A stretch of DNA of 34,485 bases from a virus. Lineage: Duplodnaviria > Heunggongvirae > Uroviricota > Caudoviricetes. Below the pieces are notes generated by a model, which was given only the letters and a program-made list of their open reading frames with translations, did no database searches and was not told where the DNA came from. This document shows, one piece after another, positions 6,184 to 15,705 of the stretch (positions are counted from its first letter, which is position 1; every line of letters begins with the position of its first letter). The DNA is taken from IMG/VR virus record IMGVR_UViG_2531839587_000015. One strand, 5' to 3'. The position numbers were made by a program, and so were the translations under genes.

Positions 6184-8977
6184 TATCCGGGTCGCTTTCA
6201 GCGCCGTTGACAGGCTGACCCGGCCTGCCGAAAACGCCCGCCGCCTGATGGGGCAGTTTGGTGACTCCATCCAGCGAACGCAGGGGGCGATCAAAAATCT
6301 CGAGCGTCAGGCGCGATCATTTGAGCGCGCCCGTGACGCTGTCAGTAAAGCGGATGCGGGCATCGTGAAAGCACGACGCCAGCTTAACGCCCTTAATCAG
6401 TTACAACGCACGGGTACAGTGCTCAGCGAAAAACAACAAAAGCTGATGCAGCAGTTAAGCACCCGGCTTGAACGCCTGAATGAATCGCGCACACGGGAAA
6501 TTCAGAAAATGCGGGAACTTGGCGGAGAACTGAAACGCCACGGCATTTCCCTGACAGGCAGCGATAACACCATCCAGCAGGCCATCAGACGCACCGAACA
6601 GTACAACAACCAGCTTGAACGCGAACGGCAGGCGCTTGCGCGTGTAACGCAGGCGCGTGAGCGGTATTCGCGCGCGCAGGAAAACGCGGGAAAACTGAAA
6701 ACAGGTGGTGCGCTGGCAATTGGTGCGGCAGCGGCTGGCGGCTATGCTGCCGGGCGTTTTTTGCAGCCTGCGATCGGGTTCGGCAAAGAGATGTCCCGCG
6801 TTCAGGCACTGACGCGAATCGACAAAAACAGCCCGCAGTTTAAGGCGCTGCGTGAGCAGGCGTTAAAACTTGGCTCTGAAACACAGTTTACTGCGAGTGA
6901 TGCCGCCAGTGGGCAGAGCTTTCTGGCAATGGCTGGTTTTACTCCGCAGGCCATTCAGGCCGCATTGCCCGGTGTTCTTAATATGGCGCTGGCAGGTGGC
7001 GTCGAACTCGGCGAGACGGCTGATATAGGCTCCAATATCCTCACACAGTTCAATCTGACAGCCGATCAAATGGACCGGGTTGGCGATACGCTGACAGCGG
7101 CATTCACCCGGACCAATACTGATTTACGCGCGCTGGGCGAAACCATGAAGTATACCGGTCCGGTTGCCGCAAAACTTGGTATCAGTCTTGAAGAAGCGAC
7201 GGCCATGGCCGGGATGCTTGCCAATAATGGTCTTCGCGGAAGCGATGCTGGTACGGCCATGCGCGCAAGTCTGTCCCGCCTAGCATCACCGCCAAAAGCT
7301 GCGGCTGATGCGCTGAAAGAGCTGGGGGTGTCAGTTGCTGACGCCAGAGGCAAAATGCGCCCGATGGAGGATGTGCTGCTTGATCTCTATAAGGCGACAC
7401 AAAAATACGGACAGGTGGACCAGGTCTCCTTCTTCAAGGACATCGCCGGAGAAGAGGCGTTCGTTGGTTTGCAGACGCTTGTTGCGGCGGCTGGTTCAGG
7501 AGAGCTGCAAAAACTGACCAGAGAATTGCAGGGGGCAAAGGGAGAGGCCGATCGCGTTGCAAAAGTAATGGCCGATAATCTTGATGGGGACCTGAAAAAT
7601 CTCGACAGCGCATGGGAAGGTCTTCGTATTCGCATCAGTGATCTGGTTGACGGTCCGCTGCGTTCTGTCACGCAGTGGCTCACGCGGGTGCTTGAAAAAA
7701 TCACCTCGCTGGCGCAGGCCCATCCGGTACTGACACGCCAGCTACTGATAGCAGGCGGTGCGTTGCTGGCAATGACTGCAACGATTGGCTCGTTGTCGCT
7801 GGTTATTGGGGTGCTTTACGGAAAGCTGGCCACCCTGCGTCTTGGTTTTGACATTCTTACCCGGTCAATGAATGTCGTCAGGGTGTTGCCTGCGCTGTGG
7901 GGAATGCTGACGGGTTCCGTTTCTTTGCTGGGAGGCGCTATCGGAGCGCTGTTCAGTCCGGTTGGTCTTATCGTGGCTGCGCTTGCCGGAGCTGCCGTTC
8001 TTATCTGGAAATACTGGGATCCCATCAGGGCATTTTTTGCCGGGGTGTTCAGCGGGATTATGGAAAGGCTGACCCCGTTGCGCGAAACCTTTGAACGGTT
8101 TGGCCCTGTTTTTGACGCAATCGGAAGCGGGATCAGCCAGGTGTTTAACTGGTTTAAATCGCTGCTGTCACCGATGGAGTCCAGCAAGGAAACGCTGGAT
8201 AAATGTACCAGTGCTGGCGAGATATTCGGTAACGTTCTTGGCGGTGCGTTACAACTTGTTCTGACACCTGCAAAAATGCTACTGGATACGCTGGCGTGGA
8301 TACTTGAAAAACTTGGCGTCCTTCCGGATGAAGCGGAAAGGGCGCGCAAGAAAATCGAAGACGCACAGCGTGCGGCCATTCTTCAGGACAAGGTTGCCTT
8401 ACTTCAGGGGGACCTGGCGAAAATCAATCCGCCGAAGCCTGTGGAAAATGGCAATGGCACCGGAGGTGATAACCCCAAAGACAACAAACCGCTCACAGAC
8501 AGCAATACCGGGACGCTACGCAGACTCAGCAAAATTGCTGATAACACAGGTAAGCTGGTTGATGAGACGAAAAAACGCATTGGCCCCGGCGATATTGTCT
8601 TTAAGAACCTGCCCCGCGCACTTGCTGTTCGTGGGGAGTGGCAGGAGCGGAAGATTGCGCAGGTCAGTAAGCCTGCCCCCGCAATTAATATCACCCCCGT
8701 GGTCCCGGCTCCGCTGCCTCCGGCGCTGGTCCCTGTTGTTGCGGCCAGCTCCCGCCCGGTGGCGGAGGCCATACGATCTCCAGTGGCATCAGTTCCTGTA
8801 ACTTCCCGTAACCGGGAGCCTGTTGCCTCCGGATTTGGTGGTGAAATTCATGTTCATCTGCATAACGTTGTTACGCAGAATCCCCGCGAACTGGCGAAAC
8901 TGGTCGGTGAAATGGTCAGGGCAGAAATGGAACGGCGTGCCCGTGCCGGGCGTGGCAGTTTTTACGATAAAGATTGA
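6161..8977 (+). CDS. T: gpT tail tape measure protein (about 939 aa)
   Basis: Long alpha-helical protein with internal hydrophobic segments, directly after E/E'. Start is uncertain: in-frame ATGs at 6134, 6161 and 6170. Confidence 0.9.
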   Translation: MQTMKTLDIRVAFSAVDRLTRPAENARRLMGQFGDSIQRTQGAIKNLERQARSFERARDAVSKADAGIVKARRQLNALNQLQRTGTVLSEKQQKLMQQLSTRLERLNESRTREIQKMRELGGELKRHGISLTGSDNTIQQAIRRTEQYNNQLERERQALARVTQARERYSRAQENAGKLKTGGALAIGAAAAGGYAAGRFLQPAIGFGKEMSRVQALTRIDKNSPQFKALREQALKLGSETQFTASDAASGQSFLAMAGFTPQAIQAALPGVLNMALAGGVELGETADIGSNILTQFNLTADQMDRVGDTLTAAFTRTNTDLRALGETMKYTGPVAAKLGISLEEATAMAGMLANNGLRGSDAGTAMRASLSRLASPPKAAADALKELGVSVADARGKMRPMEDVLLDLYKATQKYGQVDQVSFFKDIAGEEAFVGLQTLVAAAGSGELQKLTRELQGAKGEADRVAKVMADNLDGDLKNLDSAWEGLRIRISDLVDGPLRSVTQWLTRVLEKITSLAQAHPVLTRQLLIAGGALLAMTATIGSLSLVIGVLYGKLATLRLGFDILTRSMNVVRVLPALWGMLTGSVSLLGGAIGALFSPVGLIVAALAGAAVLIWKYWDPIRAFFAGVFSGIMERLTPLRETFERFGPVFDAIGSGISQVFNWFKSLLSPMESSKETLDKCTSAGEIFGNVLGGALQLVLTPAKMLLDTLAWILEKLGVLPDEAERARKKIEDAQRAAILQDKVALLQGDLAKINPPKPVENGNGTGGDNPKDNKPLTDSNTGTLRRLSKIADNTGKLVDETKKRIGPGDIVFKNLPRALAVRGEWQERKIAQVSKPAPAINITPVVPAPLPPALVPVVAASSRPVAEAIRSPVASVPVTSRNREPVASGFGGEIHVHLHNVVTQNPRELAKLVGEMVRAEMERRARAGRGSFYDKD

Positions 8978-8989
8978 GGAGTCATGGCC

Positions 8990-9478
8990 ATGATGATGAT
9001 CTACGGCATGTTTGTTTTTGAGCTGCGCACGCTGCCGCATCAGCAGTTACAGCAAAACAAAAGCTGGCGGCATGTGAAAAATGAACGCGTTAACCGTTCA
9101 GCAAGCTGGCAGTATATCGGTGCAGGTGATGATCGCATCGTTCTTTCTGGTGTGCTTTATCCTGAAATTACTGGCGGCGAAGTGTCGCTGTCGCTGCTGA
9201 CCACGCAGGCGTATACCGGACGCCCCTGGCCTCTGATTGATGGCGTCGGGCAGATTTACGGCATGTATGTCCTGACCGAAACGAGTACGACCCGCTCTGA
9301 GTTTGATCGCTACGGTAAGGCGAAAAAGATAGAATTTTCACTAACCCTTGAACGCTGTGATGAGGATTTGCGGGAACGCCTGCAATCCTCATCATTCAGC
9401 GATATGCTGTCCGGCTTCAAAGATAAGGTGACATCATCTCTTAACAGCGCGGCCAGTTCAGTTAAAGGGCTGTTCTGA
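8990..9478 (+). CDS. U: gpU tail protein
   Basis: MMMIYGMFVFELRTLP... resembles the P2 U N-terminus. GAGGA SD 9 nt upstream of the ATG at 8990. Confidence 0.85.
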   Translation: MMMIYGMFVFELRTLPHQQLQQNKSWRHVKNERVNRSASWQYIGAGDDRIVLSGVLYPEITGGEVSLSLLTTQAYTGRPWPLIDGVGQIYGMYVLTETSTTRSEFDRYGKAKKIEFSLTLERCDEDLRERLQSSSFSDMLSGFKDKVTSSLNSAASSVKGLF

Positions 9479-9487
9479 TTAACGCAA

Positions 9488-9520
9488 AACCGCTAATGGT
9501 CAGATTAGCGGTTCTTTCTG
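9488..9520. terminator. Rho-independent terminator between convergent U and tail-fiber-assembly genes (perfect 10-bp stem aaccgctaat / attagcggtt)
   Basis: aaccgctaat-ggtcag-attagcggtt followed by ctttctg. Confidence 0.7.
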
Positions 9521-9599
9521 AAAGTGTTTCTCTGGAGCTGATAAAAACGTATTCCTCCTGAGAAGATTAAAATTTCTTATCAGGGAGCAGGAGAATAGC

Positions 9600-10010
9600 C
9601 TACGCCTCCGGCAGTTCAGGCCAGATGACATCCGGTGCGGTGCTGGTATCTGTTGCCGTCACCGCGTCGATATAATCCAGCACAACGTTAAGTCGGGTAG
9701 TTTCTTCTTGCGTCAGTTTGCGCCCGGCCTGCAGCTTTAACTGAATCACGCTGATATTGACCATTGCTGCGTCTATCAGCGACTGTTTTTTCTGTTCAGC
9801 GTCAGCTACCAGTTCATCATGAGAACGTTCCGGAGTGGGCGGCGCAGTAAATCCCCCGTCTGAATACGCCCAGCCGATTCCGGGCTGCTCACTGATATCA
9901 GAAATATTAATGAGCTGTAGATTATCCGGCACAGTGAATTCAGCCTCGCCATCCCAGGCAATTACATTCACAACCATCCCATTTTCAATAACTGCATATG
10001 ACGCATTCAT
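9600..10010 (-). CDS. Tail fiber assembly chaperone (gpG/Tfa-like)
   Basis: C-terminal ...DVIWPELPEA is typical of Tfa proteins. Start ATG overlaps the H stop (TAATG). Confidence 0.75.
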   Translation of the reverse strand: MNASYAVIENGMVVNVIAWDGEAEFTVPDNLQLINISDISEQPGIGWAYSDGGFTAPPTPERSHDELVADAEQKKQSLIDAAMVNISVIQLKLQAGRKLTQEETTRLNVVLDYIDAVTATDTSTAPDVIWPELPEA

Positions 10011-11911
10011 TATGCAAACTCCTCGATAATACAAATCCCTGCAGCGCCTTTCCCGCCCGTCATACTGGCTCCGCTATAACCAGCATCGTATGCACCACCA
10101 CCGCCTGAACCATATGCCTTACCGCTAACACCACCGCCAGCGCCTGCGCGTCCACCGCCGCCCCAGTGCGATGTTCCGCCTTCACCGCTGACGCTGATAT
10201 TCCCGGACTGACCGTCGCCTCCATTTCCACCAGTGATGTTGATACCGCCAGTACTTGGCACACCGCCGTTACCACCGTTCGTGTTTGTGACTCCTACTTT
10301 CCCGCCGCCTTCACCGCCAGGGGCTATTACCGTTCCGAACGAGCTATCACCGCCCTTGAGGCCGTTCGTCGCACCAACACCGCCGCCCCCACCTGCGCCG
10401 ATAGTGACAGGATAACTATCCTTCGTCAGGATCAGCGTGACAATTGCTGTTCCCCCAGCCCCACCGCCAGCACCGAAAAACGTTTCGTTATTGGATGTAG
10501 CCTGGCAGCCGCCCCCACCGCCACCGCCGCCCGTTATTGTGACCCTGATTCGTTTTGTTCCTGGCGTCGGGGTGTACGTACCTGATGACGTGAAAATTCG
10601 AGTGTTTACAAGGCGTCCAACATATCCGTTTGAATCGCTCAGGCCAAGGTCAGCAGTGGTAGGTTTAATATGTGAACTGTAAATTACATAGACCGCTCCA
10701 TCTGTCAGGCCTGTCGGTTTATTCGCTGTATAAGTTGGTGATGTATGAATCGTTACGCTGGCGTTACTGGTATAATCCCACTGGATATTTACACCCGTGG
10801 CGTAACCACCTATTTCAACATAAACATCATAGGTATCACCGGATGTATTCACCCATGCAAAATTAGTAAATCCAACCGATGTCCGTCGCCATAACGCACC
10901 AGTAAGACCTTTTGGATTCCCATTTCCCGCACGAAGAACAAGTTCAGATATACCAGCCTGCATAGGGGAGTTAACATTATATCCAGAACCACCAATCAGG
11001 CTTATGTAAACTACGGAACTTGCCTGTGGCATGGTTACAGTTGCCAGCTTGAACCATCCTGCACCACCAATAAAAGACATGGTTGTTGAATTTGTTGCAC
11101 CAATATTGCGCAGGAATAATCTTTTATCAGGAATATCCGCACCGTTCTGATCTTTCTGAAGACGTTTCTCAGCATTGTCATAGGCAGACTTCACCGCTTT
11201 CGGTGTTGCGGCCAGCGTTTCAGAAGTGCTATTGGTGGCGCTACTGAGCTGGACAAGACCTTTTCGCGCTGTGGTCGCGTCCTGTGCGGTATATTTCCCG
11301 TTAGCAAGGTCATATGCTGTCTTTACCGCCTTTGGCGTTGCCGCAAGCGTTTCAGAATCGCTGTTGGTTGCGCTGCTTAACTGAGTAAAACCTTTTGCGG
11401 TCAGCGATGCATCCGGGTGTCGTCGTGACTGTTCGTGTTCTGAGATTTTGTCATCCACATATTTACGGGTCGCCAGTACCACCGACGGGTCGATTTTCAG
11501 CGTGATGGCTTCGGTATTCGAGACAGCCAGAATCATGCGGATAGTCTGGGTACGACCACTGCCTTCCTGCAACTGCGGTTTGTACGTTTCCGGGCAATTC
11601 GCCACCGCAATGAGTACGCCTTCATCATCATAAAGCCCAATCTCACGGATCCAGAATCCTCCCTCGTTTTCAGGGATAATTTGTTCCGCAATAATCTGGC
11701 TCTGATTGTTAGGGTCAACACTCAGAAGATTCAGCGGTGCAATGCGTTTCTGGTTAATCAGTTTTGTTTGTGCAGGGTCTGGTGTTGGTAACACACCATT
11801 TGCATCACCAACGGCCATTTGCGTCAGATTCAGCTTACTGCCGAGCATCGTCGCGTTAGCCAGTCGTGCCGCGCCCTGATTAGTCAGAATGGCGTAGTAT
11901 TTCACTGTCAT
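10010..11911 (-). CDS. H: gpH tail fiber protein with internal repeats and a Gly-rich C-terminal receptor-binding region
   Basis: 633 aa. Conserved P2 H-like N-terminus (MTVKYYAILT...). Duplicated QLSSATNS.SETLAATPKAVK.AYD motif. C-terminal poly-Gly-rich domain. Confidence 0.85.
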   Translation of the reverse strand: MTVKYYAILTNQGAARLANATMLGSKLNLTQMAVGDANGVLPTPDPAQTKLINQKRIAPLNLLSVDPNNQSQIIAEQIIPENEGGFWIREIGLYDDEGVLIAVANCPETYKPQLQEGSGRTQTIRMILAVSNTEAITLKIDPSVVLATRKYVDDKISEHEQSRRHPDASLTAKGFTQLSSATNSDSETLAATPKAVKTAYDLANGKYTAQDATTARKGLVQLSSATNSTSETLAATPKAVKSAYDNAEKRLQKDQNGADIPDKRLFLRNIGATNSTTMSFIGGAGWFKLATVTMPQASSVVYISLIGGSGYNVNSPMQAGISELVLRAGNGNPKGLTGALWRRTSVGFTNFAWVNTSGDTYDVYVEIGGYATGVNIQWDYTSNASVTIHTSPTYTANKPTGLTDGAVYVIYSSHIKPTTADLGLSDSNGYVGRLVNTRIFTSSGTYTPTPGTKRIRVTITGGGGGGGGCQATSNNETFFGAGGGAGGTAIVTLILTKDSYPVTIGAGGGGGVGATNGLKGGDSSFGTVIAPGGEGGGKVGVTNTNGGNGGVPSTGGINITGGNGGDGQSGNISVSGEGGTSHWGGGGRAGAGGGVSGKAYGSGGGGAYDAGYSGASMTGGKGAAGICIIEEFA

Positions 11912-12516
11912 GCGTTTACTCTCAGATTATCAATTAAATGAATGACCGGGGCAGGGAAATAATCCCCTTCGACAATAATGGACTCCGGGGTGTAGGGATA
12001 AACCGTCAGGGCATCGCCGTGATAGCATCCCGTACCAACGAAAATATTTCCGTTCACACTCAGGCTGATCGCCAGCCCTGTCAGATGGCGACTTACTGGT
12101 TTTGCATCCGCAATAAGGCGCTCAAGTTCCTGATACATTTCATCTGTGATGCCCTGATCAAGTACTCCGACAACAATGCGAAATGTTCCCGGCTCCTCGT
12201 TGAGTTGCCACCACTCCTTTACTTCAATCAGGTAGCCGAGAGGCTCCACGGCTCTTCGCAGTGCGCTGATGGTCCCTTTGTGTCGGTGTATCAGCCATGC
12301 ATCACGAATAACCTGTCGCTTTGTCTCTTCCGGCCAGTTGCGATCCCAGCGGTCAACGGAAAATGCCCAGGCGAGATAAGGCAGCAGATGCACCGGGCAG
12401 GTGTCCGGCGACCACAGCGTGTTGAGGTCTACCGGAATGTCTGTAATGCGCGTTCCGACGGCTTCGGCACAACGCATGAAATTGCTGGCTGATGGTGGTA
12501 ACAGCGAATTACTCAT
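11908..12516 (-). CDS. I: gpI baseplate protein
   Basis: NPDTCP..LLPYLAWAFSVDRWD motif matches P2 I. The track ORF extends to 12549; start is uncertain. Confidence 0.85.
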   Translation of the reverse strand: MSNSLLPPSASNFMRCAEAVGTRITDIPVDLNTLWSPDTCPVHLLPYLAWAFSVDRWDRNWPEETKRQVIRDAWLIHRHKGTISALRRAVEPLGYLIEVKEWWQLNEEPGTFRIVVGVLDQGITDEMYQELERLIADAKPVSRHLTGLAISLSVNGNIFVGTGCYHGDALTVYPYTPESIIVEGDYFPAPVIHLIDNLRVNA

Positions 12517-13405
12517 TGCGCCCACCTTCGCTGATGGTGAACGACTCACAGCGCGCCGCCTGTATGTCGCTGATGGCCATATTCTGTGTGGGTTCGATTA
12601 TCTCCACGCGTTGCACACCGTGCACATGCAGTGCGGCAGCAATGGCGGACAACGCCACGTCCTGACCGATAAGCCCCTGCTCAGCCAGCCACTTCCTGAA
12701 CGACGATTCCGCCGCGGCCAGAATAGGTTCGGATTCCGGGCCGGGGTAAAAGTACAGTTTTGCATTCAGCCGCCATGTCACGATTCTGGCACTCTGTACG
12801 GTCAGGCGGTCGGCCACAGGGCGGGTATCCTCTGCATTCAGAACGGCGCGAACGGTATTAAGCAACGCCTCCGTTGCTGTGCCGTCGCCCTCAGTGGACA
12901 GGATGGAAACCGTCACATTTGCCGGAGACGGGCTGATAGCCCGCGCATCACGCACCAGACCGCTGGCGCTGCGGGCAAAATACTCGTATGCACCTGACGG
13001 GCCAGCAACACTCAGGCCGTCGTACGCCCGTTGCGCCCGCAGTCTCAGCGAGGTGTCGCTCTCCATCACCGCGTCGGTGGTATCCGTTGCCGGAGTGATA
13101 ACCAGGCGCTTTGTGTTCATATTGCCTGCGAGGTTGTCCAGGTCTGTCCCGGCGCTGTGGCTTAACATGCAGGCGCGTGCACCCTCATTGACCCGCTGGC
13201 GTAACAGCATTTCACGAAACGACATGGTTTGAGCGATAACGTTAAGGGGTTCCGATTCCAGCTCCAGCGCGGCGGAAACGGCTTCACGCTGTTCGGCGGG
13301 ATAGGACGCAATCATCATGGCTTTTGTGTCAGCCAGAATTGCTTCAAAGTCAGGCTCCGCGATGATGGCGGGTTCCGGTAACTGGGAAAGGTCAACGGCG
13401 GGCAT
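12509..13405 (-). CDS. J: gpJ baseplate protein
   Basis: 298 aa. Position and length match P2 J (302 aa). Confidence 0.85.
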   Translation of the reverse strand: MPAVDLSQLPEPAIIAEPDFEAILADTKAMMIASYPAEQREAVSAALELESEPLNVIAQTMSFREMLLRQRVNEGARACMLSHSAGTDLDNLAGNMNTKRLVITPATDTTDAVMESDTSLRLRAQRAYDGLSVAGPSGAYEYFARSASGLVRDARAISPSPANVTVSILSTEGDGTATEALLNTVRAVLNAEDTRPVADRLTVQSARIVTWRLNAKLYFYPGPESEPILAAAESSFRKWLAEQGLIGQDVALSAIAAALHVHGVQRVEIIEPTQNMAISDIQAARCESFTISEGGRNE

Positions 13406-13408
13406 GAT

Positions 13409-13759
13409 TTACTCCCTCAGCGTGATGGTTAACTCAACATTCTGCATGGTCTGCATGACAGTGCCCGACAGTGTCACCCCGGCGTGGCCTCCCGCTTTCC
13501 AGACAACGTCGATGGCATCCAGGGCAATGCGGGGTTCCCATCGTGTCAGCGCAATCACGGCAGCACTCATGCATTGCAGACGCGTGGTGTTATTCATGGG
13601 TTCGTCAATCAAATCAGGCACAAGGCTGCCATATTCCCGTCGCATAACCCGGCTTGCCAGCGGGGTGGTCAGGATGTCCTTGACTGACTGTTTCAGGTGC
13701 TCCATATCGTTCAGGTTTCCCGTCCCGTCCGGGTTCATTCCTGTGTAGCGGGTTGTCAC
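13409..13759 (-). CDS. W: gpW baseplate wedge protein
   Basis: 116 aa. GSRVMRR.YGSL motif as in P2 W. Confidence 0.85.
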   Translation of the reverse strand: MTTRYTGMNPDGTGNLNDMEHLKQSVKDILTTPLASRVMRREYGSLVPDLIDEPMNNTTRLQCMSAAVIALTRWEPRIALDAIDVVWKAGGHAGVTLSGTVMQTMQNVELTITLRE

Positions 13760-14337
13760 TGCGGGCCTCCTGTCGAATCGCTGCCACCTTTAACGCCACC
13801 GTGTTTATGCGTATGCACTGTGATGCCGTTTGAGGTGAAATCGCCGCCGCTGTGCGTGATATTGCCGCTCATCTTTCCTCCTTTTGTGACGTCAATCTCG
13901 GCTGTTCTCAGAAGGTTTGTGCATTCCACGACGGGCGTGTCCAGTGTCACGCTGACGGATGCCTGTAAAGTGGCCGTTTTCATGCCGCTGGCGCTCAGTG
14001 CGCCTGCGTCCGCGTCGTAGCGGAACACCGCGCCATCCGGCGCGCTGATCACGATTTCTTTCAGGCTTTTGCCGGGTGCCGGAATGGCATCACTCCACAG
14101 GCTGCCGATTATCATGGCGGTTTCCGGGTTGCCGCCAATGCAGGCAATTGCCACCTGTTCGCCTGGTGATGGCGGCAGCCACACATTGAAGGCTCCCGCG
14201 CGCGTGGTGTTCCAGCGCAACCAGCCTGTTTCCAGTTCGCCGCTGCGAACGCGCACGCACCAGGATTCCTCATCAACTTCAGAGATGATCCCGGTGCGGA
14301 TGATGTTGCTCAGCAGTCGCATGAGTTCTGCGCTCAC
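13756..14337 (-). CDS. V: gpV baseplate spike / assembly protein
   Basis: 193 aa. Synteny V-W-J-I-H and spike-like sequence. Confidence 0.85.
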   Translation of the reverse strand: MSAELMRLLSNIIRTGIISEVDEESWCVRVRSGELETGWLRWNTTRAGAFNVWLPPSPGEQVAIACIGGNPETAMIIGSLWSDAIPAPGKSLKEIVISAPDGAVFRYDADAGALSASGMKTATLQASVSVTLDTPVVECTNLLRTAEIDVTKGGKMSGNITHSGGDFTSNGITVHTHKHGGVKGGSDSTGGPQ

Positions 14338-14978
14338 CGTACAGCCTCCGCAATCCGGCCCAGCACCGTGTTATAAATCAGGCGCTCATCTGCCTGGCTG
14401 ATACCCAACAGCTCACGTACCGGGTAATCGGTGAAAATGCCCGGCGCAACCTGATCGCGCTCACCGAACTGATGAACGCGGGCAATACGTGCGGCCACGC
14501 CGCTGTAACCCACCGTCACACCGGAAGCATCTGCACGGGCTTTCAGGTAGCGGGCGGTGCGCAGTTTTACGAACATGGGGACGCGCTTTGTGCTGTCCTG
14601 GTTGATGCGCCGGGTGCGTATTTCCAGAAAACGGTCGATGTCATCCCGGTAAAACGTGCGGATATTGTTTTTATCCTCATCCCACCCGGTAATGGTTCGC
14701 CCGTATTTCCCCGTGTCGTGATGCCAGTTTTTCAGCGTGCGTGCTTCGTTATTCCAGATAAAGCGAATGCGCTCCTGTATCCGGGTTACGCGGCGTCTGC
14801 GTGGTGTCCACGCGGTCCCGTCCGGCGCTTTCTGTGACCGGATACGCGCCTGCTGGGCGCGGCGTAAATCCTGTGCCAGCTTTCTGGCGATGTTATTGAT
14901 GGCCTGCTGATTCAGGCTGTCGCGGATAGCCTCAAAGGTTTCATCCACGCGGGTGAATGCCTTATCCATCGCTTTCAC
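14334..14978 (-). CDS. S: gpS-like virion morphogenesis / tail completion protein
   Basis: 214 aa, between R and V. Longer than P2 S (150 aa). Confidence 0.7.
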   Translation of the reverse strand: MKAMDKAFTRVDETFEAIRDSLNQQAINNIARKLAQDLRRAQQARIRSQKAPDGTAWTPRRRRVTRIQERIRFIWNNEARTLKNWHHDTGKYGRTITGWDEDKNNIRTFYRDDIDRFLEIRTRRINQDSTKRVPMFVKLRTARYLKARADASGVTVGYSGVAARIARVHQFGERDQVAPGIFTDYPVRELLGISQADERLIYNTVLGRIAEAVR

Positions 14979-15399
14979 CCCACGTCACATCCTGGAATAC
15001 ATGCGACCAGTCGCCTTCGGAAGAGGGCAGGCGGGGTTTTGGCTCCGGCAGGTGTTCTGCCTGCGGTGTGCCCTGACTGCTGCGCGTGATGCGAACGCGT
15101 TCCCGCAGGGGGAGCGTAAACAGGAGATCGGCGCTGTCATCGTCATTGATAACGGCGGAGAATTTGATGTCCTGATTACGCTCAGGGTTGAGCAACAACT
15201 GTGGCTGATTTTCGGATAACCACGCCAGCAGCGGCAGCGTGAGGTCGTCCAGCTCCCCGGCGTAATCCATGACAAACATCACCATCTGATAGCGGTAAAC
15301 AAACGAGGGCGTTTCTCCGGTCGTTTCAATGTTGCCGCTCTCCACGAAAATGGTGAATTTTTCCGGGTTAGCCTGACACCATCGGCATGAACGGGTCAT
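14962..15399 (-). CDS. R: gpR tail completion protein (as an internal-Met product; the native MLKP... start appears to be out of frame)
   Basis: C-terminal 145 aa of track ORF 14962-15735 match P2 R (..FTIFVESGNIETTGE..LPLLAWLSENQP..). An ATG encoding MLKL lies 27 nt upstream in another frame. Confidence 0.7.
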   Translation of the reverse strand: MTRSCRWCQANPEKFTIFVESGNIETTGETPSFVYRYQMVMFVMDYAGELDDLTLPLLAWLSENQPQLLLNPERNQDIKFSAVINDDDSADLLFTLPLRERVRITRSSQGTPQAEHLPEPKPRLPSSEGDWSHVFQDVTWGESDG

Positions 15400-15705
15400 G
15401 GCTTCACGCAGGGAATCAGTTTCAGCATGGTTGTTATCCTCGTTGTTCAGTCGTTGCAGCCTGCGCTGTTCCAGTAATTCAATGGCCCGTTTATCAGCGT
15501 TACAGGTTTCCAGTGCATCCAGAAGGCGGTCGCCCCATATACCGAGATTTCCCCATGTGGGAGTATCAGGGAAGGGGGGAGGCGTTACCGGTATGGTCAG
15601 CGTCTGCGGTATAAGCCGGACTGACGGCGCTGGCAGTGGCGCGTTCTGCGTGCCTGCGCAGCCTGTCAGTAAAACGAGCGTCAGGCAAAGCGTGGGCGCA
15701 TTCAT
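15400..15705 (-). CDS. lysC: LysC-like o-spanin lipoprotein (Rz1 analog), embedded in lysB in another frame; its reading frame continues into R without a stop
   Basis: MNAPTLCLTLVLLTGCAGTQ is a lipoprotein signal with lipobox, followed by a Pro-rich segment. No stop codon before the R coding region. Confidence 0.55.

Noticed and set aside
6585-8801. Multiple ORFs on both strands (74-187 aa) inside the tape measure gene
   Set aside because: All lie within the continuous 2.8-kb T reading frame; none has independent signals.
10166-10682. Pro-rich plus-strand ORFs (139, 60, 81 aa) over the H C-terminus
   Set aside because: They are the reverse-complement shadow of the Gly-codon-rich tail fiber region (GGN/CCN).
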